Assembly (NCBI RefSeq): GCF_964355755.1
Contig: NC_092676.1
Location: 7,479,888-7,543,887, forward strand
Length of the DNA: 64,000 bases
Source of the DNA: Antedon mediterranea
Taxonomy: Eukaryota; Animalia; Echinodermata
Direction: 5' to 3'
Shown here: piece after piece, positions 52,150 to 64,000 of the stretch
Layout: each line of letters begins with the position of its first letter
Position numbering within the stretch: the first letter of the stretch is position 1
The notes under the pieces: generated by a model
The model's input: only the letters and a program-made list of their open reading frames with translations
The model's database searches: none
Told to the model about the DNA's origin: nothing
Made by a program: the position numbers and the translations under genes

Positions 52150-55100
52150 TAGTCCAGTCAATCTAATGATATACCCACCACAAATTGCAATAGTAACAAA
52201 ACTAGTATTTCTGAATTCTATATAATGTGTAGAACGACATACTAAAAGTCACCGAAAATCCAAGCATTGGGTCAAGGGGTCAGAGGTCAATAAATGTCAT
52301 TTTAAGTCAAAATTAATGTGCCCCATTAATTACATATAGTTAACCATTTAAAATACATTATATACAAGTGGGATTTATGTCATCCGAAAGCTTATTAAAT
52401 TTCCTATTCAGTGATATCAAACTTATAGTCATAACATTTTATTTAGAATGTCATTTTTGCGGAAAAACACAACATAATGTGTCAATTTTGGCTAAAAATG
52501 TTGTTTTCGCTGTAAACAACAATGGTATACACACAGGGATACCCTGGGGTGAACATTTCAGTCCAACGCGATACACATGACCAGTTCAAGATGCAGATGA
52601 GTGACATCTCTGTTCCTGTTGCTTCTGGATGATCTACATTCCATTTTTTCCAGATGACATTTGTGTTGCCATGGTTACAGTATTTATATTGGGATGTATA
52701 AGTATTTACAGTAGAAATACAAAGATGTTCAACAGCAGTTTGACAATGACCTCCATGTTGTATGACGTTCGGACCATCTGGGCTGGATTGTCAACAGACC
52801 TGGTGATTGAGAAAGTTTCTATGAGAAGCCTAAAAGAAAACCAGAGGTTTGACAAGAGAATATAGGAATGCGTACATCCAGACCAAATCTGTGCTGAAAT
52901 GTATGTAATGCCTTGTAATAGTATCAGGGCGTTACTCCAGCAGTGGCCAACATAAGACCTTATGGCCACACGTCAGGAACACAATGGCAATTGAAAAATC
53001 CATTTGGTTACGACTCAGAGACTTCATACCATTGACACGGGAGTTACTGCAGGTGACTCGGAATATTAGCAATGTGGTATTAAGCATTGAATATTTTGGC
53101 CAGAAAGTCTTGCAATGTATTCAAGATCCTGGCAATAAAGTCATATGTGTGCATCAATCCTACAGTTCCAGAGGAGACTCGAGGTGACTTTGTTATCCAC
53201 CACCACTTTTTGAAACTACCAACTTACAATACTTTCAGCTAATAAACCAACATGATGCCACGTGGAAACAACTTCTTCTGAACAGTCTAATACATCCAAC
53301 TCACTGAATGATGTCCAGTAGGCCTACATTTTAGATGGTAGTGCTCTACTGCACAGCATTCCATGGAATAGTGTAGAGATCTGTAAAAAATATTGCTCTG
53401 CATAGTCTTTGATAATTATAAAAGCGGCTCATCCACCAAAGACGGCGCACATGGTAAGGCGGGTCAGGTGGTAGTGTCTCTGTACATTTTACCAGTGACA
53501 TGTTCCACAAAATAGGATCACTTTCTGTAACAAACAACAATTTATAAATCTTCGTAACTAGTATTTGAACAACATGGCAATGAGTACAAAAAAACCATTG
53601 AATCAGCAAACAGGAAAACATCTGTCATTATCCGATGACACGGATCTACTAGTGCTCCTCTGCAGTCAAGCATTTAAAACATCTTGTGATATTCTTTAGA
53701 ATGGAGCTGAGATGCTGGACTATCAAACTGGTTCAAACAGTACATTTGAGAGACATCTGTGATAACCTTCTGTTTGCTCATGCGATACTGATGACACAAC
53801 ATCCAGAGTTTTCGGAATTGGAAAACAAGTGGCTCTAAAAAAAAGCTGGTCATTGCACTTATTTCTGACATTATGCTGTAGTCTTCAGATGCAAACAAGC
53901 TACAAAGGATGACATTGTGGTTGCTAGAAAAAATGGTTTAGTGCGTCTGTACAATGAACTGCCTGGACAACGTGGAATGCCTTTGACTCCATCCTATCTA
54001 CAAGTACAACCTCGCATATCGCCAACTTCATAATCGTACCACAACCAAGGTACTTAACATCATGTTCAAGTTCAAGTTATCTTTTAGCAATGGAGTGGGG
54101 TTGATATGTGTACCGGGGATTGGGGATGGAAGATCAGATGATGGAAACATTGTTCCTCTACACACAGACTTAAAGCCAGAACCTGAGTATCTCCTTGAAG
54201 CATTCAGGGTAACTAGAACTACATGTGGTGAATGCAATGGCATTGCACTGTACTAACACCCGAACAAGAAAGTGATACTGATGACATATAAGTTGTGAGT
54301 CCTTTTCTATTTGAAGGATTAAACAATATCATCCCACACGGAGCAATTCAAATAAAAAGGTCTGGATTAAAATGATCTTACAAAATATACAAAAATATCA
54401 CAATATACAGTACAATATAACAAGAGTCAAAGTTCAAGAATTTAAGAGTCGGATGGCAACTGGCAAAAACGAATTTCTTTTCCAGTTTGTTCTACATGCC
54501 GGGCATTGAATGCGACGCCCATGAGGCATGAGCTCGAAATCACTGAACAAGGCATGGTTAACATTTTTTAGAATAGCTCTACTTTTTTCTAGAGTTTGCA
54601 TGTCACAGAAGGAAGATAAGCTACGAAGTTGACAACCTATTAATTTAGAACTTAAGTTAACAATTCTTTGTAGTGAGTTTCTCTCTTTGACCCTAAGACT
54701 AAAAAACCAGCATATAAAGGAAAAAAGTTAAAACGTTCTCAATAAAAACCATGAGAATTACTTTATCGACATTAAAATGGTTCAGCTTCCTTAACAGATA
54801 AAGTCTCTGGTGTCCTTTCTTTACTATTGCCTCTGTATTTAATTCCCAGCTGAGATTGTCCTCAAATATAGTACCTAGGTATTTAAAGGAATGGACAATA
54901 TCGCTGGTTCGTCATTTGTGGGGATACCAGAGGGCTGCGTCCTTTCTCCTTCCTAAAATCTACAATAATCCAAGTAGGAGTTTCCACAAAATTGGATAAA
55001 ACCATCTAATGCGGAACCATGACCGTCCTGTGAATTTTGAAGGAGAGACAGCAAGACAGTGTCATCAACAAATTTGAAAAGATGACTATTGTCCTGTTTG

Positions 55101-56161
55101 CTCCGACAGTCATCCGTGTATATAATATACAGGAGAGGAGAGAAGACGCAACTCTGAGAAGATCAAATACTTCTCATTACGTACATTCGTTGATACTAAA
55201 ATTATCAAAAGTCTATCTATAGTAAATCATGAGTTGATTCCAAATTATCAAGACTCATTAATTAATCAACAATAGTACATACCGCTAATGAATTTCAATT
55301 TTCTTCTAGCTAGCATAATTTTTCCTATTTCATGACGATACAATAGGTAAAAAAAAAACATTATTTGCACCAAATACTTCCAAAATATAAATATAATATA
55401 TATAAACATAATTTAGTTTTACGCTATTTTAAGAAAATTTGAGTTTTTGTAAAAGGTCAATGACCTTTGACCTCTAGTTACGTATAACTGTTGTATTAAT
55501 TGTTTTTTTAATGTATATTATTTTAGGATATATATACTCTACACATTGGTACTAAAGCTATTTAGATATGATTATAAAACAATGGATTCAGGCATAAACG
55601 CTACCCCCTACCCCAAAATTGTTTACATTACATTGTATAATAGAATAGTACATCATTACTTTTAAAATTCTTCTAGTTAACATCATGTTTCCTATTTTAT
55701 ATATCGATAGGTACAGATAAAACACAATTTTGATTAAATGCATATACAATTATGGCACAATATTACAGTTAATCATTTTTTTAAGGAAAAAAATGAGTTT
55801 TTGTAAAAGGTCAATAACCTTTTGACCTCTAGTTATATAAATAAAGTTGTATTTTGTTTTTTTAAATTGCATATTAGAAAAAAATATATATTCTACACAT
55901 TGATATCAAGATTATTGAGATTGGATTATAAAACCACAAGTTATGGGCATAAATGTTACTCCCTACCCCTAAATATTTATGGAATAAAATCAGTATATAG
56001 TTGTTGAGATTACGTAAAAAATAATGTGTTCCAATGCTTCAATTTTCGGTGACTTTTAACATGTCATTATAAACTACATTTGGAATGAAAAAATTAATGT
56101 TTCGTTACTATTGCAATTTGTGGTGGGTTTACCTCTAAATATCACTAGATTGACTGGACTA
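52150..56161 (+). mobile_element. Academ (AcademX-type) DNA transposon, degenerate
   Basis: TAGTCCAGTCAATCTA...TAGATTGACTGGACTA TIRs extending imperfectly ~110 bp; TTA TSD; remnants WAGLSTDLVIE, ILDGSALLHSIPW, DDTDLLVLL, LFAHAI..DTTSRVFGIGK (XPG-like), WGW and CGECNG Cys cluster. Confidence 0.8.
54340..54960 (-). mobile_element. Decayed LINE RT 3' fragment nested in the Academ element
   Basis: Minus strand gives VHSFKYLGT-like and FELMPHGRR..P.CRTN..RNSF.P.AIRLLN C-terminal motifs. Confidence 0.55.
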
Positions 56162-56359
56162 TTAAGAAACCGTTTTTGTGTGCCACACCACAGCATGATT
56201 GAAAACGTAGACTTCGCCACAAGTCTAGTTGTTTTTATATAGCGTCACCAGCAGGCATTATGACACACTACGTATGCTAAAATGGCTCATTTTACAAAAA
56301 ATTAACCGCTGTCTCTAATCTATAGACTATTTCAGTATTATTAAATTTAGACCTATTAT

Positions 56360-56554
56360 CAGTGGTGTAACGCAGAGGCATGAGAATTCTAATTTAAACA
56401 CCCTAAGTAGCCCTCCAACACTGGAGGCCATGGGTGCGTTTTTAGCCCTTTTTTTTTAAATGCCTGTTTTCCCTCTGGGCACTGCTCAGGGACCCCTATA
56501 AATCCCGGGGCATGTGGGCTTAGCCAGTAAGCGCTCAAACCTGTTACACCACTG
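56360..56554. mobile_element. hAT MITE, 195 bp
   Basis: CAGTGGTGTAAC / GTTACACCACTG TIRs; 8-bp TSD CCTATTAT at 56352-56359 and 56555-56562. Confidence 0.92.
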
Positions 56555-56596
56555 CCTATTATCCAAATACAATATATATATTTATATATATTTCTT

Positions 56597-56913
56597 TTAT
56601 TCTGTAACACATATTTTCATACAATCATTGGCTAATGATTTCTGCTTTATATCCATGAGTGCACTATACAGTCCTCCCTTTGTACATGTGTCCGTGTACT
56701 CATTTTTCCATTTCAGCATCGTCTGTATTGCATGGTCTTCTTTTGAAGAGTACTCTTTCTCAATGTTTTTTATGTCGTTCTCAATTTGGTCGTCACCGCG
56801 TACCAAACGGGCAATCTTCTTCCAGTGCGTCTGGGTTAAAGGAGCGATACGATAAATCTGTCGATGAGTTAACTCTTCTCGACTTTGTCGCAAAATTTGC
56901 TCGTTAAACAATG
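56597..56913 (-). CDS. Death-domain-encoding terminal exon
   Basis: IAPL..THWKKIARLV...IENDIKNIE..Y...EDHAIQTMLKWK......KGGLYSALMDIKQKSLA death-fold pattern; phase-1 CCAG acceptor. Confidence 0.8.
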
Positions 56914-57013
56914 CTGGCATAGGAGTAGTTGACTATGACACACAAAAATATATATATAAATAAACAACATCAGAAAACACAATAAAACAAGGGTACTCCA
57001 AATAGAACATACC

Positions 57014-57430
57014 ACCAAATGATTTGGATACATTCCCCAATCCATTCCCTAAAATACTTACTGTTGATGAAGAAGATGGTACATTTGCATAAAATGCTGA
57101 CGTGTTTGGAGCGTTTCCTACAGACACCATGCTAGACATTCGGGCACTTGGTTGGCTACCAACAACCGTCGTATTTCCGGAAATCTGTGACGGGGTCGGT
57201 AACGGCGGTGAAGACCGAGAAAAAGATGGAATGGAGCCATAAAATTGTGCTGAGCGTGGCGGTGTTCTTGGGGGAGTGTCACCATGTTGTGTTTCTCTAT
57301 ATTGACTCACGTGTACTGAAGACAAACACGTCTTCACTTGGTAACAGTACTTTATTGAGTGACTCGTTCATTAACATAGGTCATACAATAGAGGGCTCAC
57401 TACATCTCCCGTTCTTTAGCTAAGTCTATT
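57014..57430 (-). CDS. Pro/Ser-rich exon upstream of the death domain (5' part apparently frameshifted)
   Basis: GDTPPRTPPRS...SMVSVGNAPNT...TVSILGNGLGN; GTATGT donor near 57013 in phase with the death-domain exon; CACAG acceptor near 57431. Confidence 0.5.
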
Positions 57431-57679
57431 GCTGTGGAGAAATTATTGCTTATCATTCAGATAATTTCTAGTATTAATAGTCGCGTTCTTTTATACCTCA
57501 ATACAATAACTTTAACTTTTTTTTTTTTTTTTTTTATTTATTTCTTTTTTTTTTGAACAACTAATTTACAAATAGTGCATATTATGATTATCAGTAATTG
57601 TGTCCAAGTTGGTCTAAACTGATATTATGGGTTATGGTTTCAACTTTTATGAATACATTGATGTATTAGAAATTACTTA

Positions 57680-59285
57680 AGGTACATAGTCCTTCAGATA
57701 TGTTTGTGATTTTATCTCGCGTCCCGATCTCGTACGCTTCGGTGTCACAGTTTCAGTTGTGTTTCGCTGAATCGGCGTGCTTTTGTTTTCGCGTTGCGCT
57801 TGCTGACTAGTTTCCTTTCGCTCATCGCTTACTCGTTTGGATGTTGATTTACTCGTCCTTTTCTCTACGTTCTCGTTTCGCGGTTCGCTTTCGGTTGAAG
57901 TTTGTCCTTTATTTGTGATGTGATTGGGTGGTTCCTCTTGTGTTTTTGTTTTTGTTTTTTTTCATTTCATTTCATTTATTTCAATATCATCATCGCAGCC
58001 TTAGCTGAATTACAAAGATATTTACATTTTCTCAATATTAAAATTTGTATAAAAGTATAAAACCAATGATAATTATATATAAAAAAAAGGAGGCCATTTA
58101 CACAAGAAATACAATATACGGTTTCTCCTGTACATTCCTTGTTGCGTTTCTACGTGGTAGGATCTTTCATCTAATCGATTCGCTACCAACGCCTTTTCCC
58201 AATGCTTGTTTCCTCTGACCAACGGTTTCATTCTAACAATGTCTCCTTCTTCTAGTGGTTTCATATCTTTTGCTTTGCGATCATAGACTTCCTTCATTTT
58301 AGCTTGTTTGCGGTGCATGTTGTTTGATTCGTCGTGCACTCGCGGTTTTAGAAGTGTTGCCGTGGTTGGTAGGAGAGTGCGTGTTGTTCGCTTCCGGCTT
58401 TGAGTGATTTTGTGATTATGCGCTTCGCTGTTTTGACGGCGGACTCTGCTTTTCCGTTAGCCTGAATGTTTCCTCGGCTACTTGTAAGGTGGTCGAAGTC
58501 CCATTCTTTGGCGAATCGCTTGAATTGCTCAGATGTATACTGTGGTCCGTTATCGCTTACCACCTGTGATGGTGTTCCATAGCGCGCGAAATGTGCTTTT
58601 AATTTCTTAATCACTGTCACACTTGCTGTATTTGGTAGATAATCCACTTCCCAAAAATTGCTATAGTAGTTTTCTTAGTTTGTCTGGTATGACGATTCGT
58701 TGTCCCCTGAAAATCAAACCATCTTGTATGATTAGTTCATCGGCATGACTGAAGTATGGCAATATTTGCTCAGGGACTTCCTGTCTTTGTGTTGGCCATC
58801 CTTTGAGTATGGTTTCTTTTAACAGTTGTAATGTTTCGTCCTGGTCGTGTCTCCTGCTTAATTTCCGCAAGACGTTCTTTACTCGCTGGTAAGTATTGGA
58901 TTACATTGACCTCTTTCATGATGGCTTTTTCCATCGGGTCGACAGCTCTTGACAACGTATCCGCGATGTACATGGTGTTGCCCGGGGCGTGCGAAATGTC
59001 ATAGTCGTACTGTTGCACCCGCAATAGCATTCCTTGTAGGCGCTTCGGTGCCTTCACCAAAGGTTTCTTTATGATCGCTTCTAACGGCTTGTGATCGCTG
59101 ATTACCTTGGTGTTTCGTCCAAAAGTGTATTGGTTGAAATGTTCTAACGAGTATGCAACTTCTAGCATTTCTTTCTCAATCGCTGCGTAGCGTTTCTCAG
59201 TTTCTGTAAGCGCTCTGCTTGAGTAGGCTATAGGTTTCCCATGCTGTAAAAGAGCTGATCCAATGCCAATACCGCTTGCGTCGGT
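57680..59285 (-). mobile_element. Gypsy pol fragment (RNase H, integrase), degenerate
   Basis: DASGIG, YAAIEKEML, SDHKPL, ADTLSR, SDNGPQY, NGKAESAVK motifs. Confidence 0.88.
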
Positions 59286-59949
59286 GATTTAGTTATTAGG
59301 GCTTTCACTTTGTCGACCGCGTTTTGTTGTGGTGGTCCCCATTGCCACTCTACGTCCCACAGCTGTTTCAAACATACGAATTAAGTCATGCGCCCTCAAC
59401 GTTACAAGTCGTATCGCTGGAGTAACAATACATAAACAATTGCTTACAAATCCACGTGTGCAGAGTGGAGTCAAACGTCATTTAAAGACATGTTTTAAAC
59501 AGCCAATGAGAATGAGATAAAAAAATAAAGGGTCGCTAAAAATATGAATATTCATTAAAGAGTCCCTGGATGAAACAAGCACGTTGTCGTTTTGTTTTTT
59601 ACAAGGAATGTAACGCTGAAAATTAATGGAAGGGTGGACCATAAAATACAAGCATATACCAATTTACGCACGTGAGTGACATTTCCAAATTTGGTACATG
59701 TTTGTTTGTCCGTATCTTTAAAAAATCTAATTTTCACTCTAATTCTTTGGTACTGCATGATAATTTAGTTATCTGTGAATGTTATAACATAGTAATGGTC
59801 GAGAGGTGATGGTTGAATTTTTGAGCTATGGCCGTTTCAAATTGTGTCATTTTTAGGCTTAGGCTTGTGTCTACTCTAGTTGCAACACTGCCTTTCATGT
59901 GACAGCTGACCCAAATGAGTTTGGAAATGTTACATTATATTAATTATTT

Positions 59950-62560
59950 AGGCCTGGCTGGGTAGGGTAGGCATATACCAATATTATAGGCCCTATTTTT
60001 ATTTTAATACTAGGCCTAGGCCCTTGCTAGACCTGTGTTCTCTAGCAGCCTACTACAGAGAAGCAGCTTTCCGGCTTAGTTAGCCTGGCCTTGAGTAGGC
60101 TAGCCTACTAGCCTAATAGGTATTAGTAGGCTACCTAATTAAAATTAGGCCCAGGATCTACGCCTAGGCCTATATATTTTTAATATTATTTAATCATTAT
60201 AATTAATTTTAGTTTTATTAAATTTACAGTATTCATTACAAAAACTGTAAATTTAATATTATGAGGATTATATATACCCTATGTAACATGTATGCAATAG
60301 GGAATATTATAGGCCTATATGTATGTAATGATTACAATATAAATAATGACAAGCATCATATTAACATTCGGTTTTGCTCATCACTGCATATTCAAATTAG
60401 TATGCAATCATATTAAATTTAATAAGTTAAGTTAATTTTATAAAATTGTTATAATAATTATTAATGTTATACTATTGTAGATATATAGAGCAGTAACCTG
60501 AAGTGGCTAAGCAGATTTGGACCATACCTACCATCTATATAGGTAAGATTATTTTGCTGTTCAAGAAGTAGCAAATATTAAATTGTGTACCATGCTATTA
60601 ATTTGTAATATTAACAATCAATCACTACCACTGGCTGGGTAGGCTAGGCCTATATCATAGGCCCTATTTTTATTTTAATATACTAGCTAGACCTGTGCTC
60701 TCTATCACTAGCAGCAGCCTACAGAGAAGCAGCTTTCCAGCTTATTTAGCCTAGCCTAGAGCAATTAGGCTAGGTATAAGTAGGCTACCTAATTAGGCTA
60801 GGCTCTACGCCTATATAGGCCTATTATTATTTAATTATTATTAATTTTTGTTTAATATATTTACAGTATTTATTTAAATAATGTTTCTTATGAGAATACC
60901 TGGTTATATATACCCTATGCAATGACATAAGGCATATATGCCTACCCTGTATGTAATAATTACAATTATTATAAATAATGAATTTTAACATTCGTTTTTG
61001 CTCATCACTGCATATTCCAATTAGTATGTATGCAACCATATTAAATTTAATAAGCTAATTTTAAGTAATTCTTATAATAATGTTTTACTATTTTTTAGGT
61101 ACATAGCGGCAACCCGAAGTGGCAAAAACATTTTAAACAGATTTGGACCAATACCTAGCAGCCTACCATCTATATACAGTAGGTAAGTTTATTTTATTGC
61201 TCAAGAACTAGTAAATTTTAAATTGTGTTTACCATGCTATTAATTTTCAATATTAACAATCAATCACTACCACTGGCTGGGTAGGCTAGGCCTATATTAT
61301 AGGCCCTATTTTTATTTTAATATACTAGCTAGACCTGTGCTCTCTAACACTAGCAGCCTACAGAGAAGCAGCTTTCCAGCTTATTTAGCCTAGCCTAGAG
61401 CAATAGGCTAGGTATAAGTAGACTACCTAATTAGGTCTAGGCTCTACGCCTATATATTATTATTTAATTATTATTATTTTTAGTTTTAATATATTTACAG
61501 TATTTTATTTAAATAATGTTTATTATGAGAATACCTGGTTATATATACCCTATGCAATGACATAAGGCATATATGCCTACCCTGTATGTAATAATTACAA
61601 TTACAATATTATAAATAATGAATTTAAACATTCGTTTTTGCTTATCACTGCATATTCAAATTAGTATGTATGCAACCATATTAAATTTAATAAGCTAATT
61701 TTAATTAATTCTTAGAGTAATGTTTTACTATTTTTTAGGTACATAGCGGCAACCCGAAGTGGAAAAATCATTTTAAACAGATTTTGACCAATACCTATAC
61801 CTATACCTACCATCTATATTATAGGTAAGTTTATTTTACTGTTCAAGAACTAGTAAATTTTAAATTGTGTTTACCATGCTATTAATTTTCAATATTAACA
61901 ACCAATCACTACCACTGGCTGGGTAGGCTAGGCCTATATTATAGGCCCTATTTTTATTTTAATATACTAGCTAGACCTGTTTTCTCTTGCACTAGCAGCC
62001 TACAGAGAAGCAGCTTTCCAGCTTATTTAGCCTAGCCTAGAGCAATAGGCTAGGTATTAGTAGGCTACCTAATTAGGCCTAGAGGCTCTATGCCTATATA
62101 TTATTATTTAATTATTATTAATTTTTATTTTTAATATATTTACAGTATTTATTACAAATAATGTTTATTATGAGGATACCTGGTTATATATACCCTATGC
62201 AATGACATAAGGCATATATGCCTACCCTGTATGTAATAATTACAATTATTATAAATAATGAATTTTAACATTTGTTTTTGCTCATCACTGCATATTCAAA
62301 TTAGTATGTATGCAACCATAGTAAATTTAATAAGTTAATTTTAATTAATTCTTATTATAATGTTATACTATTACTATTACTATTTTTTAGGTACATATAT
62401 AGCGGCAACCCAAAATGGCTAAAACATTTTAAACAGATTTGGACCAATACCTATACCTACCATCTATATAGGTAAGTTTATTTTACTGTTCAAGAACTAG
62501 TAAATTTTAAATTGTGTTTACCATGCTATGAATGTGTAACTTTAACAATCAATCACTAAC
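59950..62560. repeat. Tandem array, four units of ~640-680 bp
   Basis: CTGGCTGGGTAGG recurs near 59954, 60631, 61273 and 61915; units align along their length. Confidence 0.92.
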
Positions 62561-62749
62561 ACATGTACAGTACAGCAGTAGTACTATCAATCAATAGTAA
62601 TTAGTTAGTAATTGAAATATAGACATACTATAGTATTACTTTTACATATTCATTATCATTAGGCATTGTTAAAAGGAAATCAATACAATGCAATATTCCT
62701 TTAACATTTAAAAATGTACAATATTTTATGATCATTAATGTTAATGAAT

Positions 62750-63706
62750 CATTCTTTGTTGGCTTTCTTGCATTTGTTGGGTTTTATTATTTCATTTTGT
62801 ATCATTGGAGATGTGAAAATCAGATGAGTCTAAGTTTGACTCTAATCCACACTGCTGTTTTGTGACGGTTGAGTTTGGCATGTATTAGCTCCCCGCCTTG
62901 CTCAGAGACCCCCTTCCATTCTCTCATGAATGCAATAGCATGGTGCTCAAGCATATGTAGCTTAGGCTGTATTACACCTGGTGCAATATGCCTGTATTCT
63001 GCTAAAAATACTTGTATGATATTTTTATGGAATTAAAAAATACTTAATTTACACATTAATACATTTTATAATTTCAGAAATTTTGTGATGAAAAAGTCAA
63101 TCTGTGGTGACTGTAGAATGGACCCAAGATCTGACTATCTTAGACATTTAAATAATAGAAAGTTCTGACAATTTTGTTGAATAGAAATATACAATGTATG
63201 ATGTAATCTTAATTGAAAATTGGCGCTTTTTAAACTATGTATATAAATTAGGATGAGAAAACAGTTATTTGATTATGAGGTATGTTCATTTAATTAAATT
63301 TGTTAGTATAAACTTTCAAAAAGAGTGAAGATATAAAGAAGAAAAGCAGATTATGGAGCAGCTGTATCAGACAAAAAACTGTTCCCTTAAACGCCAGTGT
63401 GTTCTTTCACTTGTGAATGTAGTTTTGGCCCAGGTCATAGTTGTTGTTGAAGTGTAGCATGCCAAGCAATTTGGTCCATGCCCTGTTAATTTAAATGTTA
63501 GCGTGGTAGTATACAGTATCCATTGAAAATTCGCGAATGGCAGGTTGTATAAATGTATATAGGTTGTAATTTTACATTTGTTAGATTTAGTGCAAATTTG
63601 TGATGGTTTTCATATTTTTTAAGTTGTATTTTTTATCCTTTTCTTTAAATTTTGTTCCACAACAGAAGCAAGTAGAACGTAAAGCCTTTTCGTGAAACTG
63701 TGTTGC
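62750..63706 (-). pseudogene. Chapaev (CMC, RAG1/Transib-related) transposase remnant, internally deleted
   Basis: N-terminal exon FHEKALRSTCFCCG...GHGPNCLAC; C-terminal VFLAEYRH...QPKLHMLEHHAIAFMREWKGVSEQGGELIHAKLN with catalytic-type E. Confidence 0.7.
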
Positions 63707-64000
63707 CTACAAAAAAGAAAAGAAATTTTAATTTTACCAACCTTTAATGTTATATTATATTTATCATACAGTAGTTTGAGTATTTTTGTATAGGCTTTAA
63801 TTTTAAGGGCCTAGCTAGGCCTGGTAGTTAGTAGTTTTACTAAATTTTTACATTTATGATGAATTATATTCAGTTGAAATAAATACAATGATAATAATTA
63901 AGCTTATTATTTATTCTATTGTAAATTAAAATGATGTATAGTATGATTACACTACTTATACGTACCAACTAGGCCTAGCTACAACCTAGGCCTAGTTGCG

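Noticed and set aside
54900-54950. GGGATACCAGAGGGCTGCGTCCTTTCTCCT (GIPEGCVLSP) as a separate gene
   Set aside because: Tiny inverted RT fragment adjoining the nested LINE remnant, not an independent CDS
62750-63706. True RAG1/RAG1L gene
   Set aside because: C-terminal motif PKLHMLE..SEQGGE fits Chapaev better; core missing; no RAG2-like sequence or RSS-like TIR seen

Overview
AT-rich eukaryotic genomic DNA with spliceosomal GT-AG introns and a very high transposon load. It is probably a marine invertebrate, possibly an echinoderm; this is inferred from the TE spectrum and is not proven. Host content: the 3' exons of an SLC49A4/DIRC2-like MFS transporter (+, ~2850-13485), a protein-kinase-domain ORF (-, 14343-15122) and a Pro/Ser-rich plus death-domain gene (-, ~56597-57430). 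The rest is a mosaic of mostly decayed TEs. These include a CR1-like LINE lacking its endonuclease, a BEL/Pao LTR element, several Gypsy remnants (one with HHDD at the RT active site) and a near full-length CR1/L2-group LINE with a 2A-like DCEVNPGP peptide plus PHD finger. DNA transposons include an AcademX-type element, EnSpm/CMC, hAT, Harbinger, Ginger-like and ISL2EU-like non-autonomous elements, and a Chapaev (RAG1-related) transposase remnant. The Chapaev remnant converges on a ~640-bp tandem array whose units each carry an exon-like cassette. No rRNA, tRNA or CRISPR was seen. All family assignments come from motif recognition without database searches.
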